The translations under genes and the position numbers were made by a program. Below the pieces are notes generated by a model, which had not been told where the DNA came from, made no database searches, and saw nothing but the letters and a program-made list of their open reading frames with translations. Of a stretch of 7,889 nt of DNA, positions 1 through 7,194 are shown in pieces (the first letter of the stretch is position 1; each line of letters opens with the position of its first letter). Source of the DNA: a virus (lineage: Duplodnaviria; Heunggongvirae; Uroviricota; Caudoviricetes); IMG/VR virus record IMGVR_UViG_2778261509_000002, positions 1 through 7,889 of that record; one strand, 5' to 3'.

Positions 1-384
1 ATTGGCGGCAACCCGGAAACCGCCATGATAATTGGCAGCCTGTGGAGTGATGCCAGTCCGGCCCCCGGCAAAAGCCCGAAAGAAATCGTGGTCAGCGCGC
101 CGGACGGCGCGGTGTTCCGCTACGACGCGGACGCAGGCGCGCTGAGCGCCAGCGGCATGAAAACAGCCACCCTGCAGGCATCCGTCAGCGTGACACTGGA
201 CGCGCCCGTCGTGGAATGCACAGACCTTCTGAGAACAGCGACGCTTGACGTCACAAAAGGGGGAAAGATGAGCGGCAATATCACGCACAGCGGCGGCGAT
301 TTCACCTCAAACGGCATCACAGTGCATACGCATAAACACGGTGGCGTTAAAGGTGGCAGCGATTCGACAGGAGGCCCGCAGTGA
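1..384 (+). CDS. V: Baseplate central spike protein, P2 gpV-like (5'-truncated by window edge; C-terminal part only)
   Basis: Frame of the listed ORF 25..384 is open back to position 1 (IGGNPETAM...), so the gene starts upstream of the window. C-terminus carries an HTHKH motif typical of the HxH apex of gpV/gp5-type spikes. Position immediately upstream of W-J-I-H matches P2 order. Stop TGA 382-384 overlaps the W start. Confidence 0.8.
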   Translation: MGGNPETAMIIGSLWSDASPAPGKSPKEIVVSAPDGAVFRYDADAGALSASGMKTATLQASVSVTLDAPVVECTDLLRTATLDVTKGGKMSGNITHSGGDFTSNGITVHTHKHGGVKGGSDSTGGPQ

Positions 385-731
385 CAACCCGCTACACAGG
401 AATGAACCCGGACGGGACGGGAAACCTGAACGATATGGAGCACCTGAAACAGTCAGTCAGGGACATCCTGATCACCCCGCTGGCAAGCCGGGTTATGCGA
501 CGGGAATATGGCAGCCTTGTGCCTGATTTAATTGACGAACCCATGAATAACACCACGCGTCTGCAATGCATGAGTGCTGCCGTGATTGCGCTGACACGAT
601 GGGAACCCCGCATTGCCCTGGATGCCATCGACGTTGTCTGGAAGGCAGGAGGCCGCGCCGGGGTGACGCTGTCGGGCACTGTCATGCAGACCATGCAGAA
701 TGTTGAATTAACCATCACGCTAAGGGAGTAA
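381..731 (+). CDS. W: Baseplate assembly protein W (P2 gpW / T4 gp25-like)
   Basis: 116-aa ORF starting at GTG 381, preceded by AGGAGG at 369-374. GTGA overlap with the V stop suggests translational coupling. Size and sequence character (MTTRYTGMN..., RVMRREYGS) fit the gpW family as recalled. Synteny V-W-J-I. Confidence 0.85.
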   Translation: MTTRYTGMNPDGTGNLNDMEHLKQSVRDILITPLASRVMRREYGSLVPDLIDEPMNNTTRLQCMSAAVIALTRWEPRIALDAIDVVWKAGGRAGVTLSGTVMQTMQNVELTITLRE

Positions 732-734
732 ATC

Positions 735-1631
735 ATGCCCGCCGTTGACCTTTCACAGTTACCGGACCCCGCCATCATCGCGGAGCCTGACTTTGAGGCA
801 ATTCTGGCTGACACAAAGGCCATGATGATTGCGGCTTATCCCGCCGAACAGCGTGAAGCCGTCTCCGCCGCGCTGGAGCTGGAATCGGAACCCCTGAACG
901 TTATCGCTCAAACCATGTCGTTTCGTGAAATGCTGTTACGCCAGCGGGTTAACGAGGGCGCACGCGCCTGCATGTTGAGCCACAGCACCGGAACAGACCT
1001 GGACAACCTCGCGGGCAATATGAACACAAAGCGCCTGGTTATCACTCCGGCAACGGATACCACCGACGCGGTGATGGAAAGCGACACCTCGCTGAGACTG
1101 CGGGCGCAACGGGCGTACGACGGCCTGAGTGTTGCTGGCCCGTCAGGTGCATACGAGTATTTTGCCCGCAGCGCCAGCGGTCTGGTGCGTGATGCGCGGG
1201 CTATCAGTCCGTCTCCGGCAAATGTGACGGTTTCCATCCTGTCCACTGAAGGCGACGGCACAGCAACGGAGGCGTTGCTTAATACCGTTCGCGCCGTTCT
1301 GAATGCAGAGGATACCCGCCCGGTGGCCGACCGCCTGACCGTACAGAGTGCCAGAATCGTGACATGGCGGCTGAATGCAAAACTGTACTTTTACCCCGGC
1401 CCGGAATCCGAACCTATTCTGGCCGCGGCTGAATCGTCGTTCAGGAAGTGGCTGGCTGAGCAGGGGCTTATCGGTCAGGACGTGGCGTTGTCCGCCATTG
1501 CTGCCGCACTGCATGTGCACGGTGTGCAACGCGTGGAGATAACCGAACCCACACAGAATATGGCCATCAGCGACATACAGGCGGCGCGCTGTGAGTCGTT
1601 CACCATCAGCGAAGGTGGGCGCAATGAGTAA
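735..1631 (+). CDS. J: Baseplate assembly protein J (P2 gpJ-like wedge protein)
   Basis: 298-aa ORF with ATG 735 preceded by AAGGGAG at 722-728. Conserved stretches recalled from P2 gpJ (LESEPL, RQRVNE, GLSVAG, RPVADRVTVQSA, LY.YPGPESEPI, HVHGVQRVE). 3' end overlaps the I start in ATGAGTAA. Confidence 0.9.
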   Translation: MPAVDLSQLPDPAIIAEPDFEAILADTKAMMIAAYPAEQREAVSAALELESEPLNVIAQTMSFREMLLRQRVNEGARACMLSHSTGTDLDNLAGNMNTKRLVITPATDTTDAVMESDTSLRLRAQRAYDGLSVAGPSGAYEYFARSASGLVRDARAISPSPANVTVSILSTEGDGTATEALLNTVRAVLNAEDTRPVADRLTVQSARIVTWRLNAKLYFYPGPESEPILAAAESSFRKWLAEQGLIGQDVALSAIAAALHVHGVQRVEITEPTQNMAISDIQAARCESFTISEGGRNE

Positions 1632-2154
1632 TTCACTGTTACCACCATCAGCCAGCAGTTTCATGCGTTGTGCCGAAGCTGTCGGAACGCGCATTACAGA
1701 CATCCCGGTAGACCTCAACACGCTGTGGTCGCCGGACACCTGCCCGGTGCACCTGCTGCCTTATCTCGCCTGGGCATTTTCCGTTGACCGTTGGGATCGC
1801 AACTGGCCGGAAGAGGCAAAACGACAGGTGATTCGTGATGCATGGCTGATACACCGACACAAAGGGACCATCAGCGCACTGCGCAGGGCCATTGAGCCGC
1901 TGGGATACCTCATTCGCGTGTCTGAGTGGTGGGAGTTCGGCGGAGAACCGGGAACATTTACCGTTGAAGTCGGCACACTGGACAGTGGCGTGACGGAGGA
2001 AATGTATCTGGAAATGGAGCGGTTGATTGCTGATGCCCGTCCGGTCAGCCGCCACATGACAGGGCTGAATATCATTCAGGAAATTCCGGGGGATATTTTT
2101 GCAGCGGCGGCAACTTATGACGGTGAAGTTATTACCATTTATCCGGACGATTAA
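1624..2154 (+). CDS. I: Tail protein I (P2 gpI-like baseplate protein)
   Basis: The track ORF begins at 1591, but the internal ATG at 1624 (MSNSLLPP...) overlaps the J stop as ATGAGTAA, as in P2. The protein has the gpI hallmark LAWAFSVDRWD and EMERLIADA. Start choice 1624 versus 1591 is uncertain. Confidence 0.85.
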   Translation: MSNSLLPPSASSFMRCAEAVGTRITDIPVDLNTLWSPDTCPVHLLPYLAWAFSVDRWDRNWPEEAKRQVIRDAWLIHRHKGTISALRRAIEPLGYLIRVSEWWEFGGEPGTFTVEVGTLDSGVTEEMYLEMERLIADARPVSRHMTGLNIIQEIPGDIFAAAATYDGEVITIYPDD

Positions 2155-2156
2155 GC

Positions 2157-4451
2157 ATGAGTACCACAACACGAAAATTTAAAACCGTTATCACCGATAC
2201 AGGTGCCAAAAAATTAGCTCAGGCAGCCGCGCCAGATGGTAAGCCTGTTCGCCTGACTCATATGGCCGTGGGCGACGGTGGCGGCACGTTGCCCACACCA
2301 GACAGTAAGCAGACCCGTCTGGTGCATGAGGTGTGGCGACACACAGTTAATCGCGTCATCCTGGACGCAACACATCAGAACCGCATTATTGCGGAGCTGG
2401 TTATTCCTCCTGAAACGGGCGGATTCTGGATCCGGGAAATTGGTGTATTTGATGAGCACGGCGATTTAATCGCGGTGGGCAATACTGCCGAAAGTTACAA
2501 GCCAGCCGTTGCTGAAGGGTCCGGTCGTGCACAAACATTTCGCACCATTCTGACCGTATCCAGCACGGCCACCGTGGCGCTTACCGTGGATAACACCATG
2601 GTGATGGCCACAGTGGATTACGTGGATGACAAACTGAAAGAGCATGAACAGTCACGACGTCACCCGGACGCCTCGCTGACCGCAAAAGGCTTTGTTCAAC
2701 TCAGTAGCGCCACTAACAGCGTGTCTGAAACGCAGGCTGCAACGCCGAAAGCGGTTAAGGCCGCATATGACCTGGCTAACGGAAAATATACCGCTCAGGA
2801 CGCCACGACGGCACGAAAAGGCCTTGTCCAGCTCAGTAGCGCCACCAACAGCACGTCTGAAACGCAGGCTGCAACGCCGAAAGCAGTAAAGGCCGCGTAT
2901 GACCTTGCTAACGCAAAATATACCGCTCAGGACGCCACGACGGCACAAAAAGGGATAGTCCAGCTCAGTAGTGCCACCAACAGCACGTCTGAAACACTGG
3001 CCGCGACATCGAAAGCGGTTAAGGCGGTAATGGATGAAACGAACAAGAAAGCGCCCTTAAACAGTCCTGCGTTGACCGGAACGCCAACAACGCCAACTGC
3101 GCGACAGGGAACGAATAATACCCAAATCGCAAGCACGGCTTTCGTTATGGCTGCGATTGCCGCCCTTGTAGATTCGTCACCTGACGCACTGAATACGCTG
3201 AACGAGTTAGCGGCGGCGCTGGGAAACGACCCGAATTTTGCGACCACCATGACTAACGCGCTTGCGGGTAAGCAACCGAAAGATGCCACCCTGACGGCGC
3301 TGGCCGGGCTTGCTACTGCGGCAGACAAGTTTCCGTATTTTACGGGGAATGATGTCGCCAGCCTGGCAACCCTGACAAAAGTCGGGCGGGATATTCTTGC
3401 GAAATCGACCGTTGCTGCCGTTATCGAATACCTCGGTTTACAGGAAACGGTAAACAGGGCTGGTAACGCCGTGCAAAAAAATGGCGATACCTTGTCCGGC
3501 GGGCTTACTTTTGAAAACGACTCAATCCTTGCCTGGATTCGAAATACTGACTGGGCGAAGATTGGATTTAAAAATGATGCCGATGGTGACACTGATTCAT
3601 ACATGTGGTTTGAAACAGGCGACAACGGCAATGAATATTTCAAATGGAGAAGCAAACAAAGCACCACAACAAAAGACCTGATGAATCTTAAATGGGATGC
3701 TTTGTATGTTCTTGTTAAAGCTCTTTTCAGCAGTGAAGTAAAAATATCGACAGTCAATGCACTGAGGATATTTAATTCATCTTTTGGTGCCATTTTTCGC
3801 CGTTCTGAAGAATGCCTGCATATCATCCCTACACGAGAGAATGAGGGGGAAAATGGTGATATAGGGCCACTACGTCCCTTTACGCTTAATCTCAGAACTG
3901 GCCGCATAACTATGGGGCATGGTCTGGATGTTACAGGAGATATAACAACTAACGCCTGGGTGTATGCAAACAGGTTTGCTATTAATAGTGGCTCAACCTC
4001 ATGGATTGATATGCGAAACCAGAATGTCATTTTTGGTAGAAACGCAGTATCAACAAGTTCTGCGCAGGCTTTGTTAAGACAAGACCATGCAGAACGCAAA
4101 TTTTTTGTCGGTGGACTTGGTAACTACCAGTTTGGTTTTTACATGATTAATAACTCAAGGACAGCCAATGGCACCGATGGTCAGGCGTACATGGACAATA
4201 ACGGTAACTGGCTTTGTGGCTCGCAAGTTATTCCTGGCAACTATGGCAATTTTGATTCCAGATATGTGAGAGATGTTCGCCTGGGTACGCGAGTTGTTCA
4301 ATTGATGGCGCGTGGTGGTCGTTATGAAAAAGCCGGACACGCAATTACCGGATTAAGAATCATTGGTGAAGTAGATGGCGATGATGAAGCCATCTTCAGG
4401 CCAATACAAAAATACATCAATGGCACATGGTATAACGTCGCACAGGTGTAA
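2157..4451 (+). CDS. H: Tail fibre protein (P2 gpH-like); constant N-terminal part (aa 1 to about 426) fused in this orientation to a P2-H-like receptor-binding C-terminal part
   Basis: 764-aa ORF starting 2 nt after the I stop. N-terminus (TVITDTGAKKLAQA..., IAELVIPPE.GGFW.RE.G, TVMATVDYVDDK) is gpH-like. Contains VQLSSATNSTSET..TPKAVK fibre-shaft repeats. C-terminus ends ...INGTWYNVAQV. Crossover site L lies in-frame at codons of about 422-430 (VIEYLGLQE). Confidence 0.9.
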   Translation: MSTTTRKFKTVITDTGAKKLAQAAAPDGKPVRLTHMAVGDGGGTLPTPDSKQTRLVHEVWRHTVNRVILDATHQNRIIAELVIPPETGGFWIREIGVFDEHGDLIAVGNTAESYKPAVAEGSGRAQTFRTILTVSSTATVALTVDNTMVMATVDYVDDKLKEHEQSRRHPDASLTAKGFVQLSSATNSVSETQAATPKAVKAAYDLANGKYTAQDATTARKGLVQLSSATNSTSETQAATPKAVKAAYDLANAKYTAQDATTAQKGIVQLSSATNSTSETLAATSKAVKAVMDETNKKAPLNSPALTGTPTTPTARQGTNNTQIASTAFVMAAIAALVDSSPDALNTLNELAAALGNDPNFATTMTNALAGKQPKDATLTALAGLATAADKFPYFTGNDVASLATLTKVGRDILAKSTVAAVIEYLGLQETVNRAGNAVQKNGDTLSGGLTFENDSILAWIRNTDWAKIGFKNDADGDTDSYMWFETGDNGNEYFKWRSKQSTTTKDLMNLKWDALYVLVKALFSSEVKISTVNALRIFNSSFGAIFRRSEECLHIIPTRENEGENGDIGPLRPFTLNLRTGRITMGHGLDVTGDITTNAWVYANRFAINSGSTSWIDMRNQNVIFGRNAVSTSSAQALLRQDHAERKFFVGGLGNYQFGFYMINNSRTANGTDGQAYMDNNGNWLCGSQVIPGNYGNFDSRYVRDVRLGTRVVQLMARGGRYEKAGHAITGLRIIGEVDGDDEAIFRPIQKYINGTWYNVAQV
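2685..3030. repeat. In-frame 132-bp (44-codon) direct tandem repeat inside H: two full copies plus a diverged partial third copy
   Basis: The motif aaaagg...cagctcagtagcgcc recurs at 2684, 2816 and 2948 (period 132 nt). Protein copies are KGFVQLSSATNSVSETQAATPKAVKAAYDLANGKYTAQDATTAR, KGLVQLSSATNSTSETQAATPKAVKAAYDLANAKYTAQDATTAQ and KGIVQLSSATNSTSETLAATSKAVKAV.... The right boundary is approximate. Confidence 0.9.
3421..3446. repeat. Crossover site L for the DNA invertase (gix/pix/cix/hix-like 26-bp site), embedded in the H coding sequence
   Basis: TTATCGAATACC-TC-GGTTTACAGGAA: two 12-bp half-sites around a 2-bp core. Closely matches the gix sequence as recalled (TTATCCAAAACC TC GGTTTACAGGAA). 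It is the inverted partner of site R at 6492-6517. Confidence 0.8.
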
Positions 4452-4982
4452 ATGATGCAGCATTTAAAAAATATTAAGTCTGGAAATCCTAAAACGAAAG
4501 AACAATATCAGCTAACAAAGAATTTTGATGTTATCTGGTTATGGTCCGAAGACGATAAAAACTGGTATGAGGAAGTGAAAAACTTTCAGCCAGACACAAT
4601 AAAGATTGTTTACGATGCAAATAATATTATTGTCGCCATCACTAAAGATGCCTCCACGCTTAACCCTGAAGGTTTTAGCGTCGTTGAGGTTCCTGATATT
4701 ACAGCCAACCGCCGCGCTGATGATTCAGGAAAGTGGATGTTTAAGGATGGAGCTGTAGTTAAACGGATTTATACGGCAGACGAACAGCAACAACAAGGCG
4801 AATCACAAAAGGCCGCATTGCTTTCCGAAGCTGAATCAGTCATCCAGCCGCTGGAACGCGCTGTCAGGCTGAATATGGCAACAGACGAGGAACGCACACG
4901 ACTGGAAGCATGGGAACGCTACAGTGTTCTGGTCAGCCGTGTGGATACGGCAAATCCTGAATGGCCACAAAAGCCTGAATAA
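4452..4982 (+). CDS. G: Tail fibre assembly chaperone (P2 gpG / Mu U / Tfa family), expressed partner of the current fibre C-terminus
   Basis: 176-aa ORF whose ATG directly abuts the H stop (TAAATG). Size and position match Tfa proteins. N-terminal two-thirds closely similar to the convergent second copy at 5011-5544. Confidence 0.85.
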   Translation: MMQHLKNIKSGNPKTKEQYQLTKNFDVIWLWSEDDKNWYEEVKNFQPDTIKIVYDANNIIVAITKDASTLNPEGFSVVEVPDITANRRADDSGKWMFKDGAVVKRIYTADEQQQQGESQKAALLSEAESVIQPLERAVRLNMATDEERTRLEAWERYSVLVSRVDTANPEWPQKPE

Positions 4983-4987
4983 AAATT

Positions 4988-5007
4988 AAGGCCCGCGATC
5001 GGGCCTT
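4988..5007. terminator. Hairpin between convergent tfa genes; likely intrinsic terminator (U-tract best on the - strand)
   Basis: Perfect 8-bp stem aaggcccg / cgggcctt with 4-nt loop cgat. On the - strand the stem is followed by AATTTTTATT. On the + strand the downstream tract (GTCTCATTC) is weaker. Confidence 0.6.
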
Positions 5008-5010
5008 GTC

Positions 5011-5544
5011 TCATTCAGGTTGTTCGGGAAATGTTACTGGCAGGCTGGAGGTGTCTGTAGATTCGACTTTCTGCGCATAGAGCATCCACTCGGTTAATTT
5101 TTGTTTATTCTCGTCGGAAATGATGCCCAGCCGTAGCTGTGAGTCCCATAGCTGGGTTTTATCCCTAACGAGCTGTAGCAGGCTTTGCTTTTCATTTTCC
5201 GCCTGCTGCCTCTGCTCTTCCTCGGTATAAGTTCGCTTTACCACTACGCCATCTTTGAACATCCATTTACCAGAAATATCAGCCCGGCGATTTGCTGTAA
5301 TATCAGGAACCTCAACGACGCTTGCGCCTTCTGGATTAATTGCTGAAACATCCTTTTCAATACAAATAATAACGTTGTTGTGGTCATAGACCATTTTCAA
5401 CGTATCAGGCTGAAAGTTCTTTTGTTCCTCATACCAGTTTTTCCCATCCTCTGTATAAAGCCATTTGATGTTAAATTGTTTCGTTAGCTGGTATTGCTCT
5501 TTTGTTTTAGGGTTGCCAGCAGTAATATTTTTTAAATGCATCAT
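5011..5544 (-). CDS. Alternative tail fibre assembly chaperone (Tfa', Mu U'-like), cognate to the silent fibre cassette
   Basis: 177-aa ORF on the - strand with GGGGAG 9 nt upstream of its ATG. N-terminal about 110 aa parallel the + strand Tfa ([21 protein letters not shown]..., [30 protein letters not shown]); the C-terminal third diverges. Confidence 0.8.
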   Translation of the reverse strand: MMHLKNITAGNPKTKEQYQLTKQFNIKWLYTEDGKNWYEEQKNFQPDTLKMVYDHNNVIICIEKDVSAINPEGASVVEVPDITANRRADISGKWMFKDGVVVKRTYTEEEQRQQAENEKQSLLQLVRDKTQLWDSQLRLGIISDENKQKLTEWMLYAQKVESTDTSSLPVTFPEQPE

Positions 5545-5546
5545 AA

Positions 5547-6500
5547 TTAAATACTCCCCGCGTTATACCACGTCCCATTAATGCAATACTGAATTGGCCT
5601 TGCCTGAGTTGTATCAATTAATTCATCACGGTTTCCGTTAACTGAACCCGTAACGACATAACCTGACCTGTCAGACCAGCCGGGACCATTCCATGTCTGA
5701 ACAGATGACAGACCGCCAAGGCGAATACCTGTAATAAACCTTGAGTTACATTCTGCCTGCGTGTATGCACCAACATCTCCCGCAGAGGGTTTGCGGGTCG
5801 TGGTGTAAAACTCTGACCAGTTAGCCTCAAATCCATAACCATCACGCGCTGAACGATAAAAAATACCGCCGTTCCTGTAATTCACGCGGAACTGTACAGC
5901 AGGGCAGCTCCCCGTATTCATATTGAAGTGGAGGATTAATGTCGATGCACCGCTGATATCTGCATCATAAACACCGCTATTCCAGTTCCAGCCAACAGCT
6001 TTATCATTTGCAACCCTGCTTCCTGTTTGCCCTAAAGCAAATGCAGGCTGCTGGTTTTTCGTGTTGTAGTCTCGTCGCCAGCCGGGGGCATAAGCATCAC
6101 CATGATCAATATAAGTGAATTGAGCGTTAGTAATTCCGCCACCGCTGGACGTGCTCGGCGTGGTAACGCGTATGGTCATTGCGCCGCGGGTTCCCATAAC
6201 CTCAATCACGGCTCCGGCAAGGCAGATATTTCCACAACCGGTATCCGTAATAACCCTGTTTCTGGCATAGGACCATGACCCTTTACACATCCAGTATGGA
6301 TGTCGGAAAGCTCCGTTATTCTCCAGCCACGAGATAAATGCAACTGTCGACCATGCACCTTGTGAACCATCGATATCAGTCTGACCGCTAAATGCACGAC
6401 AGGCCCCTGTGTTTTGTATGAATTTATCTTTATTCGGAATATCTGCACCGTTCTGGTTTTTCTGTAATGCGCCAGAAGCCTGATTTACCGTTTCCTGCAA
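5547..6500 (-). CDS. Promoterless alternative tail-fibre C-terminal cassette (H'v, Mu S'v-like); would be fused to the H constant region after inversion
   Basis: Open frame on the - strand running from site R to a TAA 2 nt upstream of tfa'. Its first codons ([15 protein letters not shown]) parallel H residues just after site L (LQETVNRAGNAVQKN). It ends ...[11 protein letters not shown], like H. There is no ATG or RBS; the track's M is a TTG inside the crossover site. Confidence 0.75.
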   Translation of the reverse strand: MQETVNQASGALQKNQNGADIPNKDKFIQNTGACRAFSGQTDIDGSQGAWSTVAFISWLENNGAFRHPYWMCKGSWSYARNRVITDTGCGNICLAGAVIEVMGTRGAMTIRVTTPSTSSGGGITNAQFTYIDHGDAYAPGWRRDYNTKNQQPAFALGQTGSRVANDKAVGWNWNSGVYDADISGASTLILHFNMNTGSCPAVQFRVNYRNGGIFYRSARDGYGFEANWSEFYTTTRKPSAGDVGAYTQAECNSRFITGIRLGGLSSVQTWNGPGWSDRSGYVVTGSVNGNRDELIDTTQARPIQYCINGTWYNAGSI

Positions 6501-6517
6501 ACCGAGGTTTTAGATAA
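6492..6517. repeat. Crossover site R for the DNA invertase (gix/pix-like), inverted relative to site L
   Basis: TTCCTGCAAACC-GA-GGTTTTAGATAA. Its reverse complement TTATCTAAAACC-TC-GGTTTGCAGGAA matches site L at all but about 3 positions and keeps the same 2-bp core. Confidence 0.8.
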
Positions 6518-6571
6518 TGGCCGTTTCTGACCTGCATGGCATGATTTACGCTTTTGGACGGGAGATTCAGC

Positions 6572-7159
6572 GTGCTGATTGGCTATGTAAGGGTATCAAC
6601 AAATGACCAGAATACAGACCTGCAACGAAACGCTCTTGTTTGTGCAGGATGTGAACAAATATTTGAAGATAAATTAAGCGGGACAAAGACAGACCGACCG
6701 GGATTAAAACGCGCTTTAAAGCGCCTTCAACAAGGTGACACGCTGGTTGTCTGGAAACTGGATCGCCTCGGGCGAAGCATGAAACATCTGATTTCTCTCG
6801 TCGGGGAACTACGGGAGCGAGGGATTAATTTTCGCAGTCTGACCGACAGCATAGATACATCTTCTCCAATGGGGCGTTTTTTCTTCCACGTGATGGGTGC
6901 CCTGGCTGAAATGGAACGTGAATTAATTGTTGAACGTACACTGGCCGGACTGGCAGCAGCGCGCGCACGGGGGCGCACAGGCGGACGTCGCCCGAAGCTG
7001 ACAAAAGAACAGCATGAGCAAATAGCAAGGCTGATTAAAAACGGTCACGACAGAAAACAACTGGCAATAATTTACGGCATTGGTACATCGACGATTTATC
7101 GTTACCACCCCGCAGGAGAATCAAGCGGAACAATAGAGAAGAGTCAGAAAACAAAATAA
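6572..7159 (+). CDS. Serine site-specific DNA invertase (Gin/Pin/Cin/Hin family)
   Basis: N-terminus from GTG 6572 reads MLIGYVRVSTNDQNTDLQRNAL..., the family signature with the catalytic Ser in RVSTNDQ. Further conserved blocks: GDTLVVWKLDRLGRSMKHL, INFRSLTDSIDTSSPMGRFFFHVMGALAEMERELIVERT, GRTGGRRPKLT and a C-terminal HTH (IYGIGTSTIYRY). GGGAGA lies 7 nt upstream of the GTG. The track's TTG start at 6554 adds 6 non-conserved residues and is probably not used. Confidence 0.95.
   Translation: MLIGYVRVSTNDQNTDLQRNALVCAGCEQIFEDKLSGTKTDRPGLKRALKRLQQGDTLVVWKLDRLGRSMKHLISLVGELRERGINFRSLTDSIDTSSPMGRFFFHVMGALAEMERELIVERTLAGLAAARARGRTGGRRPKLTKEQHEQIARLIKNGHDRKQLAIIYGIGTSTIYRYHPAGESSGTIEKSQKTK
6593..6655. 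promoter_or_regulatory. Putative Fis-dependent recombinational enhancer (sis-like) inside the 5' end of the invertase gene
   Basis: Two G-N13-C 15-mers, GTATCAACAAATGAC (6593-6607) and GTGCAGGATGTGAAC (6641-6655), with centres 48 bp apart. Position corresponds to the enhancer within the 5' coding region of hin/gin as recalled. Inference from family knowledge only. Confidence 0.4.
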
Positions 7160-7186
7160 CCGCTAATCTGACCATTAGCGGTTTTT
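7159..7186. terminator. Bidirectional intrinsic terminator between the convergent invertase and gpU-like genes
   Basis: 9-bp stem accgctaat / attagcggt with 6-nt loop ctgacc, followed by TTTTTGTGTT on the + strand. On the - strand it is followed by TTATTTTGTTTT. Confidence 0.7.
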
Positions 7187-7194
7187 GTGTTAAA

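Larger units (their letters stand above)
3435..6503. other. Invertible DNA segment (G-segment-like, about 3.07 kb) carrying two alternative fibre C-terminal cassettes and two cognate chaperone genes
   Basis: Bounded by inverted 26-bp sites L and R. Contents are Hv + tfa on the + strand, and tfa' + H'v on the - strand, with H'v lacking its own start and RBS. A serine invertase gene lies immediately outside site R. This is the Mu G / P1 C / e14 P architecture. Confidence 0.8.

Noticed and set aside
120-823. Overlapping ORFs 120-443 (-), 341-526 (+) and 392-823 (-) across V and W
   Set aside because: Alternative-frame or antisense frames within V and W, with no supporting signals. The V and W frames carry the conserved features.
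1143-2172. Long antisense ORFs (1143-1739 -, 1648-2172 -, 1761-2075 -) across J and I
   Set aside because: Embedded antisense to strongly supported gpJ and gpI genes. Translations are Arg/Cys-rich with no family resemblance. Typical chance antisense frames in G+C-rich coding DNA.
2652-2948. ORFs 2652-2948 (-) and 2692-2889 (+) with internally repeated protein sequence
   Set aside because: Artefacts of the 132-bp tandem repeat in H read in other frames. The repetition in the translation just mirrors the DNA repeat.
2685-3030. Tandem repeat array considered as a possible CRISPR or other non-coding repeat
   Set aside because: Repeats are contiguous with no spacers, the period is 132 bp, and they are in-frame within H, encoding a recognisable fibre-shaft motif. 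Not CRISPR-like.
2927-4099. 390-aa ORF on the - strand, antisense to tail fibre gene H
   Set aside because: Lies entirely inside the well-supported H gene on the opposite strand. The protein is low-complexity with no recognisable family features and no RBS context. Most likely an open antisense frame arising by chance within H.
5872-5897. Possible third invertase crossover site (TTCCTGTAATTC...) inside the silent fibre cassette
   Set aside because: Only one half-site resembles the consensus (about 9 of 12). The core and the other half-site do not match, so a multi-site shufflon arrangement is not supported.
6518-6571. Sigma-70 promoter for the invertase between site R and the GTG start
   Set aside because: A promoter is expected here by analogy with gin/hin, but I could not find a convincing -35/-10 pair with proper spacing by eye. 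Left uncalled.
6554-6571. TTG start at 6554 for the invertase as listed in the ORF track
   Set aside because: The extra residues (MDGRFS) are not part of the conserved invertase N-terminus. GTG at 6572 gives the canonical MLIGYVRVS start with a GGGAGA RBS at proper spacing.
6727-7108. Antisense ORFs inside the invertase gene (6727-6978 -, 6825-7028 -, 6923-7108 -)
   Set aside because: Inside a very well-supported invertase gene on the opposite strand. Arg/Cys-rich translations without family features.
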